Shown: in pieces, positions 51,198 through 60,327 of the stretch | Numbering within the stretch: the first letter of the stretch is position 1 | Layout: the number at the start of each line of letters is the position of its first letter | Source: Candidatus Latescibacterota bacterium | Lineage (GTDB): Bacteria > Latescibacterota > UBA2968 > UBA8231 | Length of the DNA: 64,000 nucleotides | Direction of reading: 5' to 3' | Assembly: GCA_965261395.1 (NCBI GenBank) | Contig: OZ253462.1 | Span: forward strand, 4,832,001-4,896,000 | Program-made: the position numbers and the translations under genes | Notes under the pieces: model-generated | The model's database searches: none | Told to the model about the DNA's origin: nothing | The model's input: only the letters and a program-made list of their open reading frames with translations

Positions 51198-52307
51198 ATG
51201 ATGCGCTTCGTCCTTTTGGTCCTCGTCCTCACCCTAGTCGCCTGCTCCGACCCCGCCCCGGTATCTCCTCACCCTGCGGGCAAAGCCAACTGTGCCTTAT
51301 GCGAGTTCTTGGGCGACGACAACTACACCATTGCCGATGCTGACGAACAGGACACCGATGATAGCCCCGACAGCTCGTCCGAGGCAGAGGCAGAAGCCGA
51401 TAGCACCCAAGCGGACTCCGCAGCAGAAGCCGATAGTACTCAGGCGGACTCCTCTTTGGCCTCGGACTCAGATTTAGGGAGTTTCTTCGGGGATGACCGG
51501 TATACCGTTGCCGACCGGTTTTTAGCCGACGTCAACCTAGAGAGTGCGGTGCGACAGGCGATGGGCCGACCACAAGGCCTTCTTATACCAGAAGAAGTCG
51601 CTTTCCTAACCAGGCTCTCGGCTAGCAATAGAAATATTCAGAGTTTGGTGGGACTTGAGCATTTTGCGGCCCTGCAAAGTCTGCACTTGAATAGAAACCA
51701 GATTGTCGATCTGAACCCACTCAACCAACTAAATAACCTAGGTTGGCTGTATCTGAGCTTCAACCGGATTGACGATCTGAACCCACTCAAACAACTAACT
51801 GATTTGAAGCGGCTGGAACTGAGGGACAACCGGATTGTCGATCTGAACCCACTCAAACAACTAACCGATCTAGAGATACTGCATCTGGAGGACAACCAGA
51901 TTGTCGATATTACCCCGCTAAATCAATTAGCCAACCTAGGTTCGCTAGCTCTGTCGGACAACCAGATTGTCGATCTGAACCCACTGACGCAACTAACCAA
52001 CCTAAGGACGCTGTTTCTGGGCTTCAACCGGATTGTCGATATTACCCCGCTGGCCCAACTGACGGATCTAAGATCGCTGTATCTGTCCGGCAACCGGATT
52101 GACGATCTGAACCCACTCAAACAACTGACCAACCTGCGTTGGCTGTATCTGGACTACAACCAGATTACCGACCTAAGCCCTCTAGTCGCCAACGCCGGCT
52201 TAGGTGAAGGCGATGAAGTGAAATTGAAGGGCAATCCCTTAAGCACCCAAGCCCTCAACGAACAGATCCCCGCCCTGAGAGCAAGAGGCGTCAACGTCAC
52301 CTACTAA
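51198..52307 (+). CDS. Type-A LRR lipoprotein (8 LRRs)
   Basis: Same architecture as 49705. Confidence 0.9.
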   Translation: MMRFVLLVLVLTLVACSDPAPVSPHPAGKANCALCEFLGDDNYTIADADEQDTDDSPDSSSEAEAEADSTQADSAAEADSTQADSSLASDSDLGSFFGDDRYTVADRFLADVNLESAVRQAMGRPQGLLIPEEVAFLTRLSASNRNIQSLVGLEHFAALQSLHLNRNQIVDLNPLNQLNNLGWLYLSFNRIDDLNPLKQLTDLKRLELRDNRIVDLNPLKQLTDLEILHLEDNQIVDITPLNQLANLGSLALSDNQIVDLNPLTQLTNLRTLFLGFNRIVDITPLAQLTDLRSLYLSGNRIDDLNPLKQLTNLRWLYLDYNQITDLSPLVANAGLGEGDEVKLKGNPLSTQALNEQIPALRARGVNVTY

Positions 52308-52435
52308 ACCCGAACGAACCTTTACACCAAGAGACCCGCATAAAAACCCAACTCACCCACCTCCTCGCTCTGCTGACCACCTAAAGGGGGCAACCATATT
52401 TTAATCTCTCCTTTCCCATCCCCAGGAGAATCGCC

Positions 52436-53821
52436 ATGATCCGCCTCGTCCTTTTCGTTCTCGTCCCTACTCTAGTCGCCTGCTCCGGCCCCGCTCCGGT
52501 AGCACCTCATCCTGCGGGTAAAGCCAACTGTGCCTTGTGCGCGTTCTTGGGCGATGACAACTACACCATTGCCGATGCTGACGAGCAGGACACCGATGAT
52601 AGCCCCGACAGTTCTTCCGTGACAGAAGCAGAAGCCGATAGCACTCAGGCGGACCCCGCAGCAGAAACCGATAGTGCACAGGCGGACTCCTCTTTGCTCG
52701 CGGACTCCGGTCTAGGGAGTCTCTTCGGGGACGACCGCTACACCATTGCCGACAAGCTTTTCGCCGACACCAATCTGGAACGTGCCGTGCGACAGGCGCT
52801 GAATCGCCCACAAGGCGCCCTTACGCCAGAGGACTTTGCTCCTCTGACCACGCTTTCGGCCAGCGATAAAGACATTCGTAGTTTGGCAGGTCTTGAGCAC
52901 TTTACGGCCCTGCAAGCGCTAGACCTGAGCGACAACCAGATTGTCGATATTACCCCACTGACCCAACTGACCAACCTGAAACGACTAGACCTGAAGAAAA
53001 ATGAAATAGCCGATCTAACCCCGCTAACCAACTTGACGAACCTACTTTGGCTAGACCTGAGCGGCAACCTGATCGCCGATATAACCCCGCTGAACCAAAT
53101 GACTGAGTTGTCAGAGTTACATCTGAATTTCAACCGGCTTGTCGATTTAACTCCGCTGAACCAAATGACTGAGCTGAAAAGACTGGAACTAAGAGGCAAC
53201 TATATTGCCGACCTAACCCCGCTGGCCGCCTTGGACCTGAACCGGCTAGATCTGAGTTTCAATCAGCTAGCTGATGTCAGCCCACTGGGCGCATTAGAGC
53301 TGTCAACGCTAGAGCTAAGGGGCAACCTGATTGCCGATATAACCCCGCTGGTCACCCTGAAATACCTGTATTGGCTAGATCTGGGCCGCAACTATATTGC
53401 CGACCCAACCCCGCTGATCGCCTTGAAACGCGACCTATATATCCTGTGGCTGGACTCCAACCAGCTATCCGATCTAACTCCATTGAGCCAACTGACTAAC
53501 CTAGATTGGCTGTATCTGGGGGAGAACCAAATAGTTGATCTAACCCCACTGGCCCCACTGACCCAACTAACAGGGCTGCTTCTGAACAACAATCAGATTG
53601 TCGATCTAACCCCACTGACCCCCCTGACGAATCTGAATAGGCTGGATTTGCACAACAATCGGATTAAAAACTTGGTCCCCCTAATCCTCAATCCCGGCAT
53701 AGGTGAAGGCGTTTCGGGGCGGGTGGATAGGCTAACCTTGCAAGGCAATCCCCTTAGCCCCCCAGTCCGCAACACACAGATCCCCATCTTAGAAGAAAGA
53801 GGCGTCCAAGTCGAATACTAA
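52436..53821 (+). CDS. Type-A LRR lipoprotein (12 LRRs), close paralog of 49705
   Basis: Collinear with 49705 except for one missing 22-aa LRR. Confidence 0.9.
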   Translation: MIRLVLFVLVPTLVACSGPAPVAPHPAGKANCALCAFLGDDNYTIADADEQDTDDSPDSSSVTEAEADSTQADPAAETDSAQADSSLLADSGLGSLFGDDRYTIADKLFADTNLERAVRQALNRPQGALTPEDFAPLTTLSASDKDIRSLAGLEHFTALQALDLSDNQIVDITPLTQLTNLKRLDLKKNEIADLTPLTNLTNLLWLDLSGNLIADITPLNQMTELSELHLNFNRLVDLTPLNQMTELKRLELRGNYIADLTPLAALDLNRLDLSFNQLADVSPLGALELSTLELRGNLIADITPLVTLKYLYWLDLGRNYIADPTPLIALKRDLYILWLDSNQLSDLTPLSQLTNLDWLYLGENQIVDLTPLAPLTQLTGLLLNNNQIVDLTPLTPLTNLNRLDLHNNRIKNLVPLILNPGIGEGVSGRVDRLTLQGNPLSPPVRNTQIPILEERGVQVEY

Positions 53822-53864
53822 ACTCGTCGCCACTATCCGTCCCTCTTCTACAAAGGACCTCGCC

Positions 53865-54548
53865 ATGAAAACCCAACGCACGGCCCTATTCTTCGCTCTG
53901 CTCCTTCTGGGGCTGGTAGCACTTGGGACTTCTGCGGCGACGGCGCAGACCGAATTATTCTTTGCCACCGGCGTCGATAGCACCGGCTGGGCACAGGCGC
54001 AAAGTAATGCCGACGGTCACGTGCTGATCGAGTCGCCGCAGTATCCGCGCGGCCTGTGGCTGCACTGCATAGAGCCAGTAGAGGACCGGCTGATTGGCTG
54101 GGAGGGACTAGCGGCCTTTCTACGGGAACGCGAGCAGGGCCAAGCCGGACGAGTCGTCGTGCAGATCGAGTCAAGTACGACCCTTATCACCTCGGCAGTT
54201 GAAGTAGAGAACCCGAAGGCCATAGAAACACTAGTGGCCAACTTGAATACGCTATATCTGCACTACAACCAGATTGTCGATATAACCCCGCTAAACCAAT
54301 TAAACAACTTGGAAACGCTGGATCTATACGGCAACCAGATTGTCGATATAGCTCCGCTGCAACAATTAATCAACCTGAATAGGCTAACTCTGCACGACAA
54401 CCAGATTGTCGACCTAAGCCCTCTAGTCGCCAATACCGGTCTAGGTGAAGGCGATTGGTTGAACTTGGAAAACAACCCCCTCAGCGCCCAAGCCCGCAAC
54501 GAACAGATCCCCGCCCTGCAAGCACGAGGCGTCAACGTCCATTACTAA
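53865..54548 (+). CDS. Type-B secreted LRR protein with two in-frame internal deletions (3 LRRs)
   Basis: SPI signal ATA-Q and the QTELFFATGVDSTG domain; lacks the LVDEAG...IDW block and the LRR N-cap found in its paralogs. Confidence 0.75.
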   Translation: MKTQRTALFFALLLLGLVALGTSAATAQTELFFATGVDSTGWAQAQSNADGHVLIESPQYPRGLWLHCIEPVEDRLIGWEGLAAFLREREQGQAGRVVVQIESSTTLITSAVEVENPKAIETLVANLNTLYLHYNQIVDITPLNQLNNLETLDLYGNQIVDIAPLQQLINLNRLTLHDNQIVDLSPLVANTGLGEGDWLNLENNPLSAQARNEQIPALQARGVNVHY

Positions 54549-54679
54549 ACCCGAACCAGCCTCTGCACAAAGGAAGCCGTGATGAAAATCCAACTCACCG
54601 CTTAGTTACTCACCCTGCTGGCCCTTAAAGAGAGTGCCATGGTTGTAAGTGCTCATCCTCCACCCCAAGGAAAATCGCC

Positions 54680-56359
54680 ATGATTCGTCTCGTCCTTTTT
54701 ATCCTCGTCCTGACCCTCATCGCCTGCTCCGACCCCAAACCGGTAGCACCCCACCCTGCGGGCAAAGCTAACTGTGCCTTGTGCGGGTTCTTTGGCGACG
54801 ACAACTACACCATTGCCGAAGGGCAGGGTGCTCACGAAAGCCCCGAGCCCGACAGCCTGTCCATTGTGTTCGCGGACGCCAATATAGAAAGTGTGGTGCG
54901 GCAAGCACTAGATCGACCCCAAGGCCGCTTCACACCAGAGGACATCGCGTCCCTAACTAGTATCTCAGCTAGCGGTACGGCCATTCACAGTTTGACTGGC
55001 CTGGAGCACTTTATAGCCCTGCAACGGTTGGATCTGAAGAACAACGAGATCGCTGATATAACCCCGTTGGCGGCCTTGGCCGAGGTGGATTCGTTAGAAC
55101 TGAAGGACAACCTGATTGTCGATGTGACGCCGCTAACCGGCTTGACCCGCCTAGCTTGGCTGGAACTAGCCAACAACCTGATTGAAGCCGTGGCACCCTT
55201 GGTTGCTAACACCGGCTTGGGTGAAGGCGATCGAGTCAACTTGGAAAATAACCCTCTCAGCGACCAAGCCCGCAGCGAACAGATCCCTGCCCTACAAGCA
55301 AGAGGTGTCGAGGTTCAGTACACCCTTGTCGACGAGCAGGACACTGATACAAGCTCCGACAGCGCTTCCATTTTATTTGTGGACTCCAATTTGGAGAGGG
55401 TGGTGCGGCGGACGCTGCGCCGACCGCGCGGCCCTCTTACACTAGAGGACGTCGCGTCCCTAGCTGAGCTCTGGGCCCTCGATAGTGATATTCGCAGCTT
55501 AGCGGGCCTTGAACACTCGGCGGCCTTGCAAAGGCTGTATCTGTCCAGCAACCAGATTGTCGGTCTGAACCCGCTGAAACAGTTGACCAACCTAAAGATG
55601 CTGGAGATGCCAGACAACCAGATTATCGATCTGAACCCGCTGAAACAATTAACCAACCTGCGTTTGCTACGTATGTCCAAAAATCAGATAGCCGATGTGG
55701 CCCCGTTGACCAACTTGACCAAGCTGGTTCAGCTCTCTCTGGGAAGCAACCAGATTGTCGATCTGAACCCGCTGAAACAATTAACCAACCTACAAGGGCT
55801 ATATCTGTCCGATAACCAGATTGTCGATCTGAACCCCTTGGAACAATTGAAAAACTTGACATTACTATATCTGTCTGACAACCAGATAGCCGATCTGAAC
55901 CCGCTGGCCGATTTGAAAAACTTGGAAGAGCTATCGCTGGCCAATAACCAGATAGTGGATGTGAAGCCCCTAGCCCAATTGAAAAACTTGAAAGAGCTAT
56001 ACCTGTTCAATAATCAGATAGTGGATGTGAAGCCCCTAGCCCAATTGAAAAACTTGAAAGAATTATCGCTGTTCAATAATCAGATAGTGGATGTGAAGCC
56101 CCTAGCCCAATTGAAAAACTTGCAATACCTATATCTGTACAACAATCAGATAGCCGATGTGGAGCAGCTAACCCGATTGACCAACCTGCAAGTGCTGCGG
56201 CTGGATGATAACCAAATTGAGGACGTAAGTCCCTTGGTCGCCAACCCCGGCCTAGGGAAAGGCGATCGAGTATACTTGGCAAACAACCCCCTCAGCGCCC
56301 AAGCCCGCAACCAACAGATTCCCGCCCTGCAAGCAAGAGGTGTCGACGTCCGCTATTAA
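54680..56359 (+). CDS. Type-A LRR lipoprotein with two tandem capped LRR modules (3 + 11 LRRs)
   Basis: An internal C-cap ...QIPALQARGVEVQY is followed by TLVDEQDTD and a second N-cap FVDSNLE. Confidence 0.9.
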   Translation: MIRLVLFILVLTLIACSDPKPVAPHPAGKANCALCGFFGDDNYTIAEGQGAHESPEPDSLSIVFADANIESVVRQALDRPQGRFTPEDIASLTSISASGTAIHSLTGLEHFIALQRLDLKNNEIADITPLAALAEVDSLELKDNLIVDVTPLTGLTRLAWLELANNLIEAVAPLVANTGLGEGDRVNLENNPLSDQARSEQIPALQARGVEVQYTLVDEQDTDTSSDSASILFVDSNLERVVRRTLRRPRGPLTLEDVASLAELWALDSDIRSLAGLEHSAALQRLYLSSNQIVGLNPLKQLTNLKMLEMPDNQIIDLNPLKQLTNLRLLRMSKNQIADVAPLTNLTKLVQLSLGSNQIVDLNPLKQLTNLQGLYLSDNQIVDLNPLEQLKNLTLLYLSDNQIADLNPLADLKNLEELSLANNQIVDVKPLAQLKNLKELYLFNNQIVDVKPLAQLKNLKELSLFNNQIVDVKPLAQLKNLQYLYLYNNQIADVEQLTRLTNLQVLRLDDNQIEDVSPLVANPGLGKGDRVYLANNPLSAQARNQQIPALQARGVDVRY

Positions 56360-56475
56360 ACGGCACAAAGAAACCCACCATGAGAGCACAACTCATGCTA
56401 CACCTGATCCTGCTAGCTCCCTAAAGGGGAAAGCCATGTCTTAAGCGCTCCTACCCTATCCCAAGGAGAATCGCC

Positions 56476-57912
56476 ATGATACGCCTCGTCCCTTTCATCC
56501 TCGTCCTGACCCTAGTCGCCTGCTCCGACCCCGCACCGGTAGCACCCCACCCTGCGGGCAAAGCCAACTGTGCCTTGTGCGGGTTCTTGGGCGATGAAGA
56601 TTACACCATTGCCGACGGGCAAGGTGCCCATGAAAGTCCCAACCCCGAGAGTCCTCCCGGCTTGTTCAAGGACGCTGAGCTGGAGCGCGTGGTTCGAGAG
56701 GCACTGGACCGACCAGAAGGCTCCCTTACGCCAGAGGACGTCGCTTCCCTAACCCGTATTTCGGCCATCAGTAAAGACATTCGCAGTTTGGCGGGCATCG
56801 AGCATCTTACAGCCCTAAAAAGGCTGAATTTGTTCCGCAACCAGATTACCGATATAAGCCCCCTGGCTAACCTGAACAAACTGGATGAGCTATATCTGGG
56901 TTTCAACCAGATTGTCGATATAAGCCCACTTAACCAATTAAAAAAACTGAAGACGCTAGGTCTGTCCGACAATCAGATTGTCGATATAAGCCCACTCAAC
57001 CAATTAATCAACCTGAATTGGCTATATCTGGGTTTCAACCAGATTGTCGATCTGACCCCGCTCAACCAATTAATCAACCTGAGCATACTGGAGCTAAGCA
57101 ACAACCAGATTGTCGATCTGACCCCGCTCAACCAATTAAACAATCTGATTTCAATACAGCTAAACACAAACCAGATTGCCGACCTGATCCCACTGGCCAA
57201 CCTGAACAACCTGAATAGGCTATATCTGGATTTCAACCAGATTGCCGACCTGACCCCGCTCAACCAATTAAACAATCTGAATAGGCTAGATTTGTGCTGC
57301 AACCAGATTGCCGATCTGACCCCGCTGGCCAATCTGAACAATCTGAATTCGCTATCTCTGTCCGACAACCAGATTACCGATATAACCCCACTAGCCAACC
57401 TGAACAACCTGAAGGCGCTATGGCTGGGCCGCAACCAGATTGCCGATCTGACCCCACTGGCCTTCTTGACCAACCTGAAGGCGCTATCTCTGTACGACAA
57501 CCAGATTACCGGTATAACCCCGCTGGCCTTCTCGACCAACCTGAATGAGCTATGGCTGGGCTTCAACCAGATTGCCGACCTGACCCCACTGGCCTTCTTG
57601 ACCAACCTGAAGGCGCTGCGGCTGCACAGCAATCGGATTGTCGATCTGACCCCACTCAACCAATTAAACAACTTGGAGACGCTATCTCTAGCCAGCAACC
57701 AGATTGTCGATCTGGCCCCGCTGAAACAATTAACTAACTTGAATCTTCTAGCTCTGTACGAGAACCAGATTACCAACCTAAGCCCTCTAGTCGCCAACAC
57801 CGGCTTGGGTAGCGGCGATGAAGTAGATTTGCAAAGCAATCCCCTCAGCGACCAAGCCCGCAACGAACAGATCCCCGCCCTGCAAGCACGAGGCGTCGAC
57901 GTCCCTTACTAA
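56476..57912 (+). CDS. Type-A LRR lipoprotein (15 LRRs)
   Basis: Lipobox, NCALC, FKDAELE cap, 15 LRRs, C-cap. Confidence 0.9.
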   Translation: MIRLVPFILVLTLVACSDPAPVAPHPAGKANCALCGFLGDEDYTIADGQGAHESPNPESPPGLFKDAELERVVREALDRPEGSLTPEDVASLTRISAISKDIRSLAGIEHLTALKRLNLFRNQITDISPLANLNKLDELYLGFNQIVDISPLNQLKKLKTLGLSDNQIVDISPLNQLINLNWLYLGFNQIVDLTPLNQLINLSILELSNNQIVDLTPLNQLNNLISIQLNTNQIADLIPLANLNNLNRLYLDFNQIADLTPLNQLNNLNRLDLCCNQIADLTPLANLNNLNSLSLSDNQITDITPLANLNNLKALWLGRNQIADLTPLAFLTNLKALSLYDNQITGITPLAFSTNLNELWLGFNQIADLTPLAFLTNLKALRLHSNRIVDLTPLNQLNNLETLSLASNQIVDLAPLKQLTNLNLLALYENQITNLSPLVANTGLGSGDEVDLQSNPLSDQARNEQIPALQARGVDVPY

Positions 57913-57946
57913 GTCCGAATCGGCCTCTACCACAAGGGACCCTGGC

Positions 57947-59071
57947 ATGAGAACCCAACGCACGGCCTTCTTCCTCGCTCTGTTCCTTCTGGGGCTGGTA
58001 GCACTTGGGGTCTCTGCGGCGACGGCGCAGACCAAACTCTTTTTTGCCACCGGCGTCGATAGCACCGGCTGGGCACAGGCGCAAAGCAATGCCGACGGCC
58101 ACGTGCTGATCGAGTCGCCGCAGTATCCGCGCGGCCTGTGGCTGCACTTGGTCGATGAAGCGGGGGATGCGCTAACTGCCATTCAAGTCGAATACCAAGG
58201 TCGGCCCGACAGCTTGGTGTCAATTCGCTGCGTCGATCCGGTTGGCGGCGTGCGGGAGACGCTGGTTTGGACCCGGCCCGAGGGCACCCCCTTGAGCTTG
58301 ACGCTGAAGCCCAGCGAATCGACCGACCTGCCGGCGGGGATAGCCTCCATCGACTGGCGCATCGACACGACTGCTGAAGCAGTACTAGAGCCGAAGAAAG
58401 AAACCTGGCGGATCGGCTGGGAGGAAGTGGCGACGTTTCTGCGGGCACGCTGGCAGAGCCAGACCGGGAGGGCCGCCGTGCAGATCAAGTCAAGTAGGAC
58501 CCTTACCACCTTGGTAGTTGAAGTAGAGCACCCGGAGACCATAGAAACACTGGTGGCTCACCTGCAACAGATGTATCGGCCAGCAGGAACCTCGCTCGGA
58601 GAAAGCACCGCTCTATATGTACAAGTGTTTAGGGGCGGCCTTGCTTCTTTACAGGAAGGCGTGATCCTCTATGTCCCTTTGTTCGCAGACGCCAATCTGG
58701 AGCGCGTGGTGCGGGAGGGCCTAGGCCGACCGCAAGGCCCCCTTACATCGGAGGACGTCGCTTCCCTAACCAAGCTCTCAGCCACCGGTAAAGACATTCA
58801 TAGTTTGGCGGGCATTGAGCATCTTATAGCCCTAAAATGGCTGCATCTGGGAGGCAACCAGATTTTCGACATAACCCCACTGCAACAATTAACCAATCTG
58901 ACATGGCTGACGATGAATAACAATCGAATTGAAAACTTGACTCCCCTAGTCGCCAACCCCGGCTTGGGTAGTGGCGATGAAGTAAATTTGCAAAGCAATC
59001 CCCTCAGCGACCAAACCCGTAAAGAACAGATCCCTGCCCTGAAAGCAAGAGGCGTCAACGTCACCTACTAA
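57947..59071 (+). CDS. Type-B secreted LRR protein (2 LRRs)
   Basis: Signal peptide, ~215-aa unknown N-domain, LRR N-cap, LRRs, C-cap. Confidence 0.88.
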   Translation: MRTQRTAFFLALFLLGLVALGVSAATAQTKLFFATGVDSTGWAQAQSNADGHVLIESPQYPRGLWLHLVDEAGDALTAIQVEYQGRPDSLVSIRCVDPVGGVRETLVWTRPEGTPLSLTLKPSESTDLPAGIASIDWRIDTTAEAVLEPKKETWRIGWEEVATFLRARWQSQTGRAAVQIKSSRTLTTLVVEVEHPETIETLVAHLQQMYRPAGTSLGESTALYVQVFRGGLASLQEGVILYVPLFADANLERVVREGLGRPQGPLTSEDVASLTKLSATGKDIHSLAGIEHLIALKWLHLGGNQIFDITPLQQLTNLTWLTMNNNRIENLTPLVANPGLGSGDEVNLQSNPLSDQTRKEQIPALKARGVNVTY

Positions 59072-59101
59072 CACCCGGATCGGCTTCTGCGAAAGGCCCC
59101 T

Positions 59102-60295
59102 ATGAAAACCCAACGTATGGCCTTGCTCCTCACTCTGCTTCTTCCGGGGCTGACGGCACTTGGGGTCTCTGCGGCGACGGCGCAGACCGAATTATTCTTT
59201 GCCACCGGCGTCGATAGCACCGGCCGAGCGCTGGCGCAAAGCAATGCCGACGGCCACGTGCTGATCGAGTCGCCGCAGTATCCGCGCGGCCTGTGGCTGC
59301 ACTTGGTCGATGAAGCGGGGGATGCGCTGGCCGACATTCAAGTTGAATACCAGGGCTGGCCCGACAGCTTGGTGGTCTTGCGTTGCGTTGATCCAGCCGG
59401 CGGCGTGCGGGAGACGTTGATTTGGACCCGGCCCTCGGGCGATCCCCTCCGCTTGACGCTGAAGCCCAAGAAAGTAGGCGATCTGCCAGCGGGGTTAACT
59501 CCAATTGATTGGCAAATCAACCTAAGTGTTGAGCCCCTGCTGGAGCGGGTAAAGAAGGCACGGTTGATCGGCTGGGAGGCGTTGGAGGCCTTCCTGCGGG
59601 AGCGCTGGGCGGGCCAAACTGGTCGAGTCTCCGTGCGGATCAAGTCAAGTACGACCTTTACCATCTTGGCAGTTGAAGTAGATCGCCCGGAGGCCGTAGA
59701 GGCACTGGTGGCTCACCTGCAACAGTTGCATCAGACAGCGGGAGTCTCGCTCGGAGAAAATACCACCCTAATAGAAGTGCAAGTATTTAGGAATCTTGCC
59801 CTGCTAGAAGACGTGATCCACCTCAACCCTTTCTTCTTTGAGGACGCGGCGCTGGCGACGGCAGTGCGAAGGGCCCTAGGCCTAGCGCAGGGCACCTCTT
59901 TTGCCCCCGAGGAAGCCGCTTCCTTGACTAGACTCGGGGCCGGTGATAGCGATATTCACAGTTTGGTGGGTCTCGGGCAATTGGCGGCCTTGCAACGGCT
60001 ATATCTGTCCGAAAACCAAATCGCCGACCTGACCCCACTCGCCCAATTGAAAAACTTGGAAGAGCTATATCTGTCCAACAATCAGATAACCGATGTGACG
60101 CCGCTAACCCGACTGACCAACCTGCAAGTGCTAGGGCTGGATGACAACCAAATTGAGGACTTAAGTCCCTTGGTCGCCAACCCCGGCTTAGGGGAAGGCG
60201 ATCGAATATACTTGGAAAACAACCCTCTTAGCGCCCAAGCCCGCAACGAACAGATTCCCGCCCTAAAAGCAAGAGGCGTCAACGTCACCTACTAA
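59102..60295 (+). CDS. Type-B secreted LRR protein (3 LRRs)
   Basis: Same architecture as 57947. Confidence 0.88.
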   Translation: MKTQRMALLLTLLLPGLTALGVSAATAQTELFFATGVDSTGRALAQSNADGHVLIESPQYPRGLWLHLVDEAGDALADIQVEYQGWPDSLVVLRCVDPAGGVRETLIWTRPSGDPLRLTLKPKKVGDLPAGLTPIDWQINLSVEPLLERVKKARLIGWEALEAFLRERWAGQTGRVSVRIKSSTTFTILAVEVDRPEAVEALVAHLQQLHQTAGVSLGENTTLIEVQVFRNLALLEDVIHLNPFFFEDAALATAVRRALGLAQGTSFAPEEAASLTRLGAGDSDIHSLVGLGQLAALQRLYLSENQIADLTPLAQLKNLEELYLSNNQITDVTPLTRLTNLQVLGLDDNQIEDLSPLVANPGLGEGDRIYLENNPLSAQARNEQIPALKARGVNVTY

Positions 60296-60327
60296 ACTCG
60301 AACCGGCCTCTACGAAAGGCTCCCACC

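Noticed and set aside
50170-57790. 66-bp periodic conserved/variable pattern as a CRISPR array
   Set aside because: The period is an exact codon multiple inside long ORFs encoding 22-aa LRRs, the repeats are degenerate, and there are no cas genes.
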